Source: Candidatus Kerfeldbacteria bacterium (GTDB lineage Bacteria > Patescibacteriota > Patescibacteriia > UBA9570 > XYC2-FULL-38-9). Taken from it: a stretch of 64,000 nt of DNA. Location: positions 128,053 to 192,052 of the forward strand of contig JACPGJ010000007.1 in NCBI GenBank assembly GCA_016182555.1. The letters run 5' to 3'. Position numbers and translations under genes: made by a program. Numbering within the stretch: the first letter of the stretch is position 1; the number at the start of each line of letters is the position of its first letter. Positions 9,333 to 18,093 of the stretch are shown here, piece after piece. The notes beneath the pieces are model-generated. The model saw only the letters and a list, made by a program, of their open reading frames with translations. It was not told the DNA's origin and did not search any database.

Positions 9333-11914
9333 ACCCTATTATTCTTGAAAAATTTACCACTCATTTACGCAACGTTCTCTCTCGCTCAATTACTCTTGCA
9401 GCGGAACTGCACTCCCCGACCATCTCGCCGGTTGTTTTGTTATTCGCCCTATCCACTGAAGAAAATAGCATGGGCGCACGCATGCTTGAACGCATGAACA
9501 TTTCGCCGGAATCCATTTCAATGTCCATCGACTCCACGGACAGCATTCCAAACACCAACGGAAAAAAAACAACACGCATTCGCTACCCAGAATTTTCTGA
9601 CTATACGAAACGCTTGATTCAACGCGCAGCCATTGTCGCATTAGAATTTCGGCATGCCTATATTGGCACTGAACACCTTCTTTTTGCCGTCCTCCAAAAA
9701 CCCGATGAACAAACACAGCAACTACTGCAGAACCTCAAACTGACACAAGAAGTATTGTTTAGCCATTTGCTACAGATGATGAATAGCACCAGTAAATTTT
9801 CAGAAGTACAAACGTTGTTTCGTACAAAAGAATCAGGAGATGAACACACTCATCCAACATCGACCACTACGAAAGCCCGTGAACATGAACATACCCCAGA
9901 GCATGTTCACGAAGGTACGCAGACCCAACAGCTCAACACCCCTTCATTTGGATCACCAACACCAGCCTTAGAATATTTTGGAGAGGACCTGACCAGCCCA
10001 GCAAAAACAAAAACGCTTGATCCCGTTATTGGGCGCAGCGCCGAAATTGAACGACTCATCCATATTTTAGCACGCCGTTCAAAAAATAACCCCGTGCTCA
10101 TTGGCGAACCCGGGGTCGGAAAAACAGCCATTGTCGAAGGATTAGCAAAACGCATTGCGGAACAGCACGTACCACAAGTACTAGCCGACAAACGTATTAT
10201 TGCTCTTGATTTAGGCCTAGTCATTGCCGGCACAATGTATCGTGGCGAATTTGAATCCCGTATGAAACAAATTATTGAAGAAGTGAATGCGCACCCGGAA
10301 ATTATTCTCTTTATTGATGAAGTGCATCTGCTGGTGGGCACTGGCGGAACAGGGGGCACCATGGATGCGGCCAATATGCTCAAGCCCGCGTTGGCAAAGG
10401 GCGAACTGCGCTGTATTGGTGCTACCACCAAAGATGAGTACCGAAAATATATTGAAGCCGATCCCGCACTCGATCGCCGTTTTCAACCTATTCACGTCGC
10501 AGAGCCAACAGCAGAAGAAGCGATAGAAATGCTCAACGGTGTAAAACACGCGCTGGAGAAATTTCATCATATAACGATTCCGACTGAGGTTATTCAACAT
10601 GCCGTAACGTGGGCCGCACGATTCATTCCGGATAAACGGTTACCAGATAAAGCTATTGATCTACTCGATGAAGCTGGTGCACGAACCCATAGTGGCCGAA
10701 ATGTACCAAAAGTGATGAAAGAATTTCGAGCTGCGGTTGCGAGTTTGCATGAAATCAGTCAGAAAAAAAATACGGCAACACGTCATGAAGAATTTGATAC
10801 CGCTTTACGATTCAAAAAACAAGAAACCGCACTGAACAAAAAAATAGCACGATTGCAAGTGCAGTTAGAGAAACTGCACATCCCGACCGCCACGCTCAGT
10901 TCGGCAGATGTCGCTGCGGTTCTCTCTGCATCCACGGGCATACCGGTGGAACATATTACGGCTAACCACAATATCCGTTTGGGCAATGTGGAAAAAGAAA
11001 TTCTGCGTTCAATCGTTGGGCAAGATAATGCCGTAAAACAAGTCACTGCGGTGATTAAGCGTTCGTACGCTGGTTTAGCGTCTCCACACAAACCACTGGG
11101 CAGTTTTCTTTTTCTTGGTCCCTCTGGCGTTGGAAAAACGGCACTCGCAAAGGCGCTCGCCGAACAGGTGTTTGGCAGTAGCAATGCACTCATTCGTCTT
11201 GATATGTCAGAATTTGCGGAAGGGTTTACGGTATCAAAACTCATTGGTGCCCCTGCAGGATATGTTGGCCACAAAGATTCCGTGAAATTGGCGGACCAAA
11301 TTCGACGCCAACCCTATTCGGTAGTGCTCTTCGATGAAATTGAAAAGGCCCATCCAGATATTTTCAATTTGTTGTTACAAGTATTAGATGATGGACGGTT
11401 AACAGATGGGAGTGGCCGTGAACTCAATTTCCGCCAAAGTATTATTATTCTCACATCCAATGTCGGCATTGATATGCTCAATAAACAAGCTGCTCTTGGG
11501 TTTGCAGCGAAAAACGAAGCGAAACAAGAGAATGCATTTGAAGAATTATCTACAACAATTTTGGCGGAATTACCGAATTATTTTGCACAGGAATTTTTGA
11601 ATCGTATTGACCATCAAATTGTTTTTCATCCATTGAATCAAAAACAGATGGAACGCATTGTACAAATGCAATTTGCACATGTTGCTGAACGTGTGGCAAA
11701 TCGTGACATCCGGTTGGAACTACCTATGCGTGTGCGCCGCTTGTTAGCAAAAGAAAGTTTCAGCCCTGAACAAGGAGCGCGTTTGGTGCAACGGACGCTT
11801 ACTCGACTCATCGAAAACCCGCTTGCTGATCATTTGCTCGCTGGCGATTTCGTTGCTGGAGATATGGTGACGATACAAATCAAAAAAAAGAAATTGATAT
11901 TTTCTAAAAAATAA
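9329..11914 (+). CDS. clpC: ATP-dependent Clp protease ATPase subunit, ClpC-like
   Basis: Clp_N repeats, LDPVIGR, KNNPVLIGEPGVGKT, FIDEVH, second Walker A GPSGVGKT, short middle domain, ClpP-docking LGF loop. Confidence 0.9.
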   Translation: MNPIILEKFTTHLRNVLSRSITLAAELHSPTISPVVLLFALSTEENSMGARMLERMNISPESISMSIDSTDSIPNTNGKKTTRIRYPEFSDYTKRLIQRAAIVALEFRHAYIGTEHLLFAVLQKPDEQTQQLLQNLKLTQEVLFSHLLQMMNSTSKFSEVQTLFRTKESGDEHTHPTSTTTKAREHEHTPEHVHEGTQTQQLNTPSFGSPTPALEYFGEDLTSPAKTKTLDPVIGRSAEIERLIHILARRSKNNPVLIGEPGVGKTAIVEGLAKRIAEQHVPQVLADKRIIALDLGLVIAGTMYRGEFESRMKQIIEEVNAHPEIILFIDEVHLLVGTGGTGGTMDAANMLKPALAKGELRCIGATTKDEYRKYIEADPALDRRFQPIHVAEPTAEEAIEMLNGVKHALEKFHHITIPTEVIQHAVTWAARFIPDKRLPDKAIDLLDEAGARTHSGRNVPKVMKEFRAAVASLHEISQKKNTATRHEEFDTALRFKKQETALNKKIARLQVQLEKLHIPTATLSSADVAAVLSASTGIPVEHITANHNIRLGNVEKEILRSIVGQDNAVKQVTAVIKRSYAGLASPHKPLGSFLFLGPSGVGKTALAKALAEQVFGSSNALIRLDMSEFAEGFTVSKLIGAPAGYVGHKDSVKLADQIRRQPYSVVLFDEIEKAHPDIFNLLLQVLDDGRLTDGSGRELNFRQSIIILTSNVGIDMLNKQAALGFAAKNEAKQENAFEELSTTILAELPNYFAQEFLNRIDHQIVFHPLNQKQMERIVQMQFAHVAERVANRDIRLELPMRVRRLLAKESFSPEQGARLVQRTLTRLIENPLADHLLAGDFVAGDMVTIQIKKKKLIFSKK

Positions 11915-11918
11915 CCAC

Positions 11919-11943
11919 TGTCATGGTGAGCTTGTCGAACCAT
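11919..11943. repeat. REP-like short palindromic element (TTCGACAAGCTCA core on the minus strand), copy 1
   Basis: TGTCATGGTGAGCTTGTCGAACCAT with an ATGGT/ACCAT stem; same core as 43034-43062. Confidence 0.6.
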
Positions 11944-12603
11944 ATTCTGGACACTTTTTTTCCACGGCAATGTGTAGGCTGTAAGCGGTATGATCAATTT
12001 TTATGTGTGCATTGCCGCATGAATAACTTGGAACCAGAACATTTGCCTATTGATCAATCTGAAAAAAATAGCGTACATATTTCTAGCATTACCACACTCG
12101 GAGAATATCGAAACCCCGTTGTACAGAGGCTCGTAAAAGAATTGAAATTTCATCATGCCGCACTAGTCGCTCAAGAGCTTGGATCTCTCTTGGCTGATGT
12201 TCTAAAACAATCCCTTCCAGCGATGATAGAATCTGGCGCACTGCTTATGCCCATTCCTCTCCACTCCCGGCGAAAACGCGAGCGCGGGTTTAACCAGGCA
12301 GCACTGCTGGCGCATGCGATTGAGAAGGCGCTGCCGGAACATACACTAGTGGTCAATGAAGATATGCTTATTCGTACCAAACACACTGTTTCACAAACAA
12401 CACTCGAAGATGAGCAGCGACAAAAAAATGTGAGCGGCGTATTTGCTGTATCAAAAAAATCTTTGCCGTCTCTGAGTGGTGCAACTATTATTCTTGTAGA
12501 CGATGTCATTACCACGGGCGCCACTATACAAGAAGCAGCTGGCGTACTAGCTGCATTACAACCACGCATCATTCACACTGTCGCTATTGCACGCGGGAGA
12601 TAG
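11923..12603 (+). CDS. comF: ComF family phosphoribosyltransferase-domain competence protein
   Basis: FFPRQCVGC..LCVHC zinc motif, PIPLH..R.RERGFNQA, ILVDDVITTGATI. Confidence 0.92.
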   Translation: MVSLSNHILDTFFPRQCVGCKRYDQFLCVHCRMNNLEPEHLPIDQSEKNSVHISSITTLGEYRNPVVQRLVKELKFHHAALVAQELGSLLADVLKQSLPAMIESGALLMPIPLHSRRKRERGFNQAALLAHAIEKALPEHTLVVNEDMLIRTKHTVSQTTLEDEQRQKNVSGVFAVSKKSLPSLSGATIILVDDVITTGATIQEAAGVLAALQPRIIHTVAIARGR

Positions 12604-12613
12604 GAGATAAGTG

Positions 12614-12687
12614 TGTCCTCGGCAGGAGTCGAACCTGCGACCTTTGGTACCGCAAACCAACGCTCTATCCAACTGAGCTACGAGGAC
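12614..12687 (-). tRNA. tRNA-Arg(GCG)
   Basis: Reverse complement: acceptor stem GTCCTCG/CGAGGAC, D arm TAGCTCAGTTGGATAGAGC, anticodon arm TTGGT-TTGCGGT-ACCAA, T arm GCAGGTTCGACTCCTGC. CCA is not encoded. Confidence 0.93.
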
Positions 12688-12756
12688 AAAATTGCAGTGT
12701 TTATTAAACCGCAGATCGTTAAAGCTGTCAATGCGGCAGTGGAAAATTCTAGTCTG

Positions 12757-13305
12757 CTATAATTTCAATAATCGAGCAAGGGTATCACTCGTCGATTCTT
12801 CTTCGCGGTTCAAATCTTCGTCAATAAAATCGATCAAGAGCGAGCGGACATGCAGCGGGTTTTGGTCGTACAATGGAATAGAAAATTCGCGCTGAATAAA
12901 CTGTCGTTTTGGTATCAAGTACATGGTTTTCACTACTGGCGGTTCATAAATAATAGAAAATGATTGCAATTCGCGAAACAGAAAAAACTGGCCCCCCACC
13001 TGTATACCAGCATCATAAATAATAAACGGAATCTCAAGCGGCTCTGAACGGTGGTGCGTAAACAGAATTAACCCGACCAACAAAATCATGAGTGCAAAAA
13101 GAAAATTACCGTCGCGCACAGCATATACCAATAAGCCAATGCTTACGGTTAATGCGATAATATACCATAATAACCCGCGTTGATGACGTTCATACTCTGG
13201 AAAACTCCATTCCATTAATACACGGCCACGGTGTACACCGCGAGTGGGAACATTTCGTTGTGCAGCACTCCCCTGGACCCGTTGTTCTAGTGTTTTTTTA
13301 GGCAT
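12757..13305 (-). CDS. Conserved hypothetical 2-TM membrane protein (CPR-type)
   Basis: W.FPEY.RH.R...WY followed by two TM helices and a soluble tail; -10 box TGGTATACT 6 nt before the ATG. Confidence 0.7.
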   Translation of the reverse strand: MPKKTLEQRVQGSAAQRNVPTRGVHRGRVLMEWSFPEYERHQRGLLWYIIALTVSIGLLVYAVRDGNFLFALMILLVGLILFTHHRSEPLEIPFIIYDAGIQVGGQFFLFRELQSFSIIYEPPVVKTMYLIPKRQFIQREFSIPLYDQNPLHVRSLLIDFIDEDLNREEESTSDTLARLLKL

Positions 13306-13439
13306 ATAATAAGTATACCATTTTTACCCCCACTCTACAAAAAATTAAAACACCTTTTCACCTTTCAGTGAAAAAGAACCTTCCAACGGTTGACTGGAAC
13401 ACGAAAAATCGATATAGTGGGCTGACGCTTTATCCTTTT

Positions 13440-13530
13440 GGAGGGGTACCGAAGCGGTCATAACGGGATAGTCTTGAAAACTATTTGGTCCGAAAGGGCC
13501 ACAAGGGTTCGAATCCCTTCCCCTCCGCCA
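13440..13530 (+). tRNA. tRNA-Ser(TGA)
   Basis: GGAGGGG/CCCCTCC acceptor stem, ATAGT-CTTGAAA-ACTAT anticodon arm, long variable arm, GGTTCGAATCC, encoded CCA; upstream promoter TTGACT-17-TATAGT. Confidence 0.96.
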
Positions 13531-13740
13531 AAAAATGACAATCGTTATCAAGAAATTCCTAGCTATGATTAGCCATCATCATGCCGGTGTTCGAGTAATA
13601 CTATTGTATCTGTGATAACGCTCTTGCCCACATATTGCCCAGATTTTCCTGACGGGGCTGTTTAAGTACGCAAGAACCTCCAGACACACTTCAGCGTGTT
13701 CGCATATATAAGGAGTAATTCCGGCAGCGCGCGGAGCAGC

Positions 13741-13768
13741 TTGACAGATAGGGTCTCCGTGATATACT
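13741..13768 (+). promoter_or_regulatory. Putative sigma70 promoter of the toxin-antitoxin operon
   Basis: TTGACA-16 nt-TATACT with an extended -10 TG. Confidence 0.6.
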
Positions 13769-13792
13769 ACAAATGTAATAAATTCATAGATT

Positions 13793-14101
13793 ATGAAAAA
13801 AGTACCCCAAAAAATTAAAATTCTGGAGGGCAAAATGCCCATTGTTCGTGTTACTGGGAATTATCAGGTCACCATCCCTGCTCCAATTCGCAAGGCACTC
13901 CACGTGAGCATTGGCGATTTCGTTGAAGTGACCCTTGGCGAAGAGGGTGGAGCCGTCATCAAGCCCGTCGAGCTTCGAGAACGCCTTCCACACACGCCGC
14001 ACGACGACACCGAAGACAAAGACTGGGCACGAACAGGTGAAGAAGCCATGCTCTCTCAATACGATGACAAGGATTCTGCTTACGATAGAATAAAACTATG
14101 A
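13793..14101 (+). CDS. AbrB/MazE/SpoVT family antitoxin
   Basis: VRVTGNYQVTIPAPIRKALHVSIGDFV swapped-hairpin motif, acidic tail, ATGA overlap with the toxin. Confidence 0.85.
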   Translation: MKKVPQKIKILEGKMPIVRVTGNYQVTIPAPIRKALHVSIGDFVEVTLGEEGGAVIKPVELRERLPHTPHDDTEDKDWARTGEEAMLSQYDDKDSAYDRIKL

Positions 14102-14430
14102 AGACCTACTCCATTGGGGATGTAGTCCTCGCGACCTTACCATTTACCAGTGGCAGCGGAGCAAAACAGCGCCCCGCCTTGGTTCTTGTTGATACTGGTG
14201 ATGATGACTGCATACTCGCGGTCATTACCAGCAAGACTCGTACAGGAATGTATGACGTCAATCTAACAGATTGGAAAAAGGCAAATCTCCTGTTTCCGTC
14301 GATAGTTCGTGTTCACAAGCTGTACACAATAGGGAAACCGACAATTCTTGGAATACTCGGGCGAGCGACTGAAAACGATCTCAAGCATGTTCGGTCAGCT
14401 GTGCGGAAACTATGGAATGATATGCTGTAA
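14098..14430 (+). CDS. PemK/MazF family toxin (endoribonuclease)
   Basis: GDVVLATLPFTSGSGAKQRPALVL...VITSK, plus L.FPSIVRV.KL.TI. Confidence 0.88.
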   Translation: MKTYSIGDVVLATLPFTSGSGAKQRPALVLVDTGDDDCILAVITSKTRTGMYDVNLTDWKKANLLFPSIVRVHKLYTIGKPTILGILGRATENDLKHVRSAVRKLWNDML

Positions 14431-14610
14431 GCGCACTGTTTTCGTTATCTGCTAACACTTTGTGGACAATTTTTTTATTCTCTTTCGAACATTCGATTCA
14501 TAACGTTGAAAAACCCAAAACAGGGCCTATACTTGCATATTTACTTGTCAAGGAGTATAGTTATTTTTGCGTTCTTTTTTCTATAATATATCTAATTTTT
14601 AACGTATTGT

Positions 14611-16242
14611 ATGCTCAAACGAGTCATTGAAAACTGGAGAGCAGGGCTTACGGTTGCCCTCATTTCTATCCCCCTTTCTATCTCATTAGCCGTTGCCTCT
14701 GGTGCACGACCAGAAATGGGTCTGATCACTGCCGTGTGGGCGGGTTTGCTCTCGGCTTTTTTTAGTGGAAGTAATTACAACATCGTTGGGCCTGCCGGTG
14801 CACTGTCTGCAGCGTTGGCAGCATTTAGTATCAGCGAAGGCATGGACCTCTTGCCTACACTCGCCATTGTGACCGGTATTTTCATTTTTATTGCCTATCT
14901 ATTCAAGTTGGAACGCTACCTCGTGCTGGTTCCGGGTTCTGTCATGCACGGGTTTAGCCTTGGCGTGGGTATCATCATTGGCCTTGGTCAATTAAACTTT
15001 GCTTTTGGACTCAAAAATATTCCAAAACATGCAGAGTTTTTGTTAAACGTGAAAGAAACATTCGCGCATATTGGTCAAATACAATTCGGCACATTTGCCG
15101 TATTTTTGGCTTTCCTTATTGGGTTGTTTGCGCTCGTCAAATTGGTACCAAAAATTCCAGGCGCCATTCTGCTCACTCCATTTGGTATTTTGCTCGGTTA
15201 CCTTTCAGAATCAGGAAAAATTGGGTTACACATTGAAACGCTGAATCAAAAATTTCCAAACACGAGTATCAGCATCTTTCATATTCCTCAATTTCATTTT
15301 AGCGCAACAATCGTTAGTGCGGCACTTGGTATTGCCTTCATTGCTATTCTGGAAACACTCGTTTCAGCAAAAATTGCAGATGTCATGACCCACACCAAAT
15401 TTAACCGGCGCAAAGAAATGTTTGGCCTCTCGCTAGCCAATATTGCTTCGGGTTTATTTGGTGGCTTACCCTCAACAGGAGTGTTCGTTCGTACGGGTTT
15501 GAATATTCGTTCTGGCGCAACACACAAAACTGCTGCCGGAATCAATGCCGTATGTATAGCCTTGATCTCGGTATTCTTTTTCCGCTTTTTCAAATTAATT
15601 CCCATGTCCGTGATCGCCGCCATTCTTGTATTTGCTTCTATTCGCATGGTGGAGAAGAAAAATTTGAAAGAAATGTGGGTGTCTAGCCGGCGTGATTTCT
15701 GGTTAGCCTTGGCGACCACCTTAACCATGGTGACAGTGGACACCGTGGTGGGTATCATTGTTGGTTCCATGCTCGCCTTACTGTTCTTCATTGAACATTT
15801 GTCTAAAGGTCAATTTGAAATGACCATCAACAAAGAGAATAAAATTCTGGAACGGTATTACACCGAACCAAAAGACTGTGTCATGCCAGGAGGCGATGTT
15901 GCCGTGTATTCCATGAAAGGTGATTTAACATACCTGAATGCCGAAGCACATATCAGCCGCATTGAACGGTATGAAAATTGTTATACAACGATTGTGTTGC
16001 GAATGCGCGAATTGACCATTGTAGATTTAGAAGGTGTGCACGCATTTGATGATTTGATCAAGCACTTAAAAACAGATGGGAAAAAAATCTATGTTTCGAG
16101 TTTAAGTAAACGTGTCGTTGAGATGCTAGAACACAGTAGCGCGTTCAAGGAACTGAAAGCAGACAATTGTGTGTTTGAAGATACGCGGCTTGCTTTACAA
16201 TCCATTGGGTTTAAACGAGAACATTTAGAAACACAACAATAA
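14611..16242 (+). CDS. SulP/SLC26 family anion transporter with STAS domain
   Basis: AGLTVALISIPLSISLAVASGA.PEMGL, GPAGA, GLSLANIASGLFGGLP, and a C-terminal STAS domain (GDLTYLNA, IVDLEG). Confidence 0.9.
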   Translation: MLKRVIENWRAGLTVALISIPLSISLAVASGARPEMGLITAVWAGLLSAFFSGSNYNIVGPAGALSAALAAFSISEGMDLLPTLAIVTGIFIFIAYLFKLERYLVLVPGSVMHGFSLGVGIIIGLGQLNFAFGLKNIPKHAEFLLNVKETFAHIGQIQFGTFAVFLAFLIGLFALVKLVPKIPGAILLTPFGILLGYLSESGKIGLHIETLNQKFPNTSISIFHIPQFHFSATIVSAALGIAFIAILETLVSAKIADVMTHTKFNRRKEMFGLSLANIASGLFGGLPSTGVFVRTGLNIRSGATHKTAAGINAVCIALISVFFFRFFKLIPMSVIAAILVFASIRMVEKKNLKEMWVSSRRDFWLALATTLTMVTVDTVVGIIVGSMLALLFFIEHLSKGQFEMTINKENKILERYYTEPKDCVMPGGDVAVYSMKGDLTYLNAEAHISRIERYENCYTTIVLRMRELTIVDLEGVHAFDDLIKHLKTDGKKIYVSSLSKRVVEMLEHSSAFKELKADNCVFEDTRLALQSIGFKREHLETQQ

Positions 16243-16261
16243 TTATTGTGCAAATACGATT

Positions 16262-16290
16262 GCAAGGGGAGTTTGCGCTCCCCTTGCTTT
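16262..16290 (+). terminator. Hairpin after the SulP gene, probable intrinsic terminator
   Basis: GCAAGGGGAG-TTTGCG-CTCCCCTTGC followed by TTT. Confidence 0.65.
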
Positions 16291-16325
16291 GTACTCGGAA
16301 ATTCGATACAATGCATCAGCAATTT

Positions 16326-16415
16326 GGAGAGGTGGCTGAGTGGTCGAAAGCGCCTCACTGCTAACGAGGTAGGGTGTAAAAGCTCTCGCGGGTTCAAATC
16401 CCGCCCTCTCCGCCA
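16326..16415 (+). tRNA. tRNA-Ser(GCT)
   Basis: GGAGAGG/CCTCTCC acceptor stem, anticodon loop CTGCTAA, long variable arm, GGTTCAAATCC, encoded CCA. Confidence 0.93.
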
Positions 16416-16416
16416 A

Positions 16417-18093
16417 ATGAATGGAAAATACACCATTAGTCGTTTACAGCTATATAGGATTATTTTATTATTGATTATCCTAATCAGTATTACTGCCAAT
16501 ATTGTATGGATACTGCGCGATACTAGCCCAGCGTTGTGGGATATTGCCGGGCACTCGCAGCGAAGTGCCTCTATTGCCCAGTTGCTGCATGCCGGTCGGT
16601 TAAGAGACGTATTTGGGTTCGATAGCATTTATCCGCCACTCACCTATTTGGTCACGGCTGTTGGTTTTTTGTTGTTTGGTTTGCATAGCGACATTCCACA
16701 ATATTCATTCTTGCTGTGGTTGGTGTTGATGCTTGTTGCGACATATAGCATCGCAAATACACTTTACCGCGACCGCGGTGTGGCACTATTTTCGACCACG
16801 CTCCTGCTCTGTTACCCATTGCTTGCGCACTTCACGCGCATCTATGATTTAGATTTTCCACTCACGGCGTTGGTAACAGCGACGATTGCAGCATTACTAC
16901 GCACGAACGGTTTTCGCAATCGGCGTTGGGTGGTGGTCACGAGTGTTTGTATTGCGTTGACGCTGCTCACCAAATGGACCGCCGTTCTTTTTTTGGCAAT
17001 TCCCGTAGTGAGTGTGGTTTGCACAACGTTTGTGCAGCAAAAATCAAAACGACGAGTGCTTGTACAACATATTGCTCTCGCACTTGGCATTATTCTGTTC
17101 ATTGCCGGTCCATGGTACTTGGTACACGGCAGTACGGTGGTTTCTTCTGCCCAAGACACACGCAATAATATTTTTTCTGTGCCGTATGAAAATGTGTTGC
17201 GTATAGATAATATCACCTACTACGCGCGGCAATCCGCGAATGGCATGGCGTGGCCACTGAGTGTGTTGGTTGTTATCGGGTTCATTGCATTGTTCTTCCG
17301 CAAACATTCGCAACGTTTTGCGCTGCTAGCCTGGGTAATTGTTCCCTATTTGATTATGACCTTTGCGCTCTACTCAAAAGAAAGCCGCTACTTTTTGCCA
17401 CTTTTTCCGTTGTTTGCAATCGTATCGGGTGCCGGGATTGTTTCATTAAAAAATTACTATCGCGTAGGAGCGATTACGACCTGCCTAATTCTCAGTTTAT
17501 TTTTCTGGACAGAAACATCATGGAGCGTGCGTTTCTTTCCCGAAAAATTTTATCAAACCACGCACCTAAACCAAGGCTACGGCTATCCTGTGCCCACGAC
17601 CACCAAACCCCGTTATGGTTTCACGCAACCAACGCAATATCATGAAAATCTTGCGGAAGTGGTGACCGCCATTCAAGCAGACCTAGCGACTCAGGAAACA
17701 CTACCAGCAACAATTCGTATTGCTGTAGTTCCAAACAGCATTTTTCTGACTGCGCAGGAAATTCAATATATTGCTCGTTTACAAAACCTTGATTCACCAA
17801 GCAACCAATATACCCTCGATTTTTCACTGAGTAGTTATATTCGTCAAGGCTCAACGATATCTTGGCAAGAAAACCTGGCGGCGGCAGATTATATTATCAC
17901 TAAAACCGGTGATCAAGGCCCAAAAATTTGGGGACCAAATTTGAAAAAAATTGCAACCGCAGAAGAACAACACGCCACTCCGTTTGAGCAATTCACTGTC
18001 ATCGGTACCTGGACGCTACACGGCATAGAAGAAACAGACACCACCATGCGTCTCTACAAAAAAACACCTACGCAGCTAACAGATCGCGAATGA
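16417..18093 (+). CDS. ArnT/PMT-like GT-C glycosyltransferase
   Basis: PALWDIAGH, YPPLTY, LDFPLTAL, LLTKW, AGPWY, KESRYFLP. Start reassigned to the first ATG after the tRNA; the ORF-track start at 16246 reads through the tRNA. Confidence 0.82.
   Translation: MNGKYTISRLQLYRIILLLIILISITANIVWILRDTSPALWDIAGHSQRSASIAQLLHAGRLRDVFGFDSIYPPLTYLVTAVGFLLFGLHSDIPQYSFLLWLVLMLVATYSIANTLYRDRGVALFSTTLLLCYPLLAHFTRIYDLDFPLTALVTATIAALLRTNGFRNRRWVVVTSVCIALTLLTKWTAVLFLAIPVVSVVCTTFVQQKSKRRVLVQHIALALGIILFIAGPWYLVHGSTVVSSAQDTRNNIFSVPYENVLRIDNITYYARQSANGMAWPLSVLVVIGFIALFFRKHSQRFALLAWVIVPYLIMTFALYSKESRYFLPLFPLFAIVSGAGIVSLKNYYRVGAITTCLILSLFFWTETSWSVRFFPEKFYQTTHLNQGYGYPVPTTTKPRYGFTQPTQYHENLAEVVTAIQADLATQETLPATIRIAVVPNSIFLTAQEIQYIARLQNLDSPSNQYTLDFSLSSYIRQGSTISWQENLAAADYIITKTGDQGPKIWGPNLKKIATAEEQHATPFEQFTVIGTWTLHGIEETDTTMRLYKKTPTQLTDRE

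Noticed and set aside
13579-13842. 87-aa minus-strand ORF between tRNA-Ser and the TA operon
   Set aside because: It overlaps the TA promoter and antitoxin and has no recognisable motif.
16246-16416. N-terminal extension of the 615-aa ORF
   Set aside because: It reads through a terminator hairpin and tRNA-Ser(GCT); the hydrophobic GT-C sequence begins after ATG 16417.
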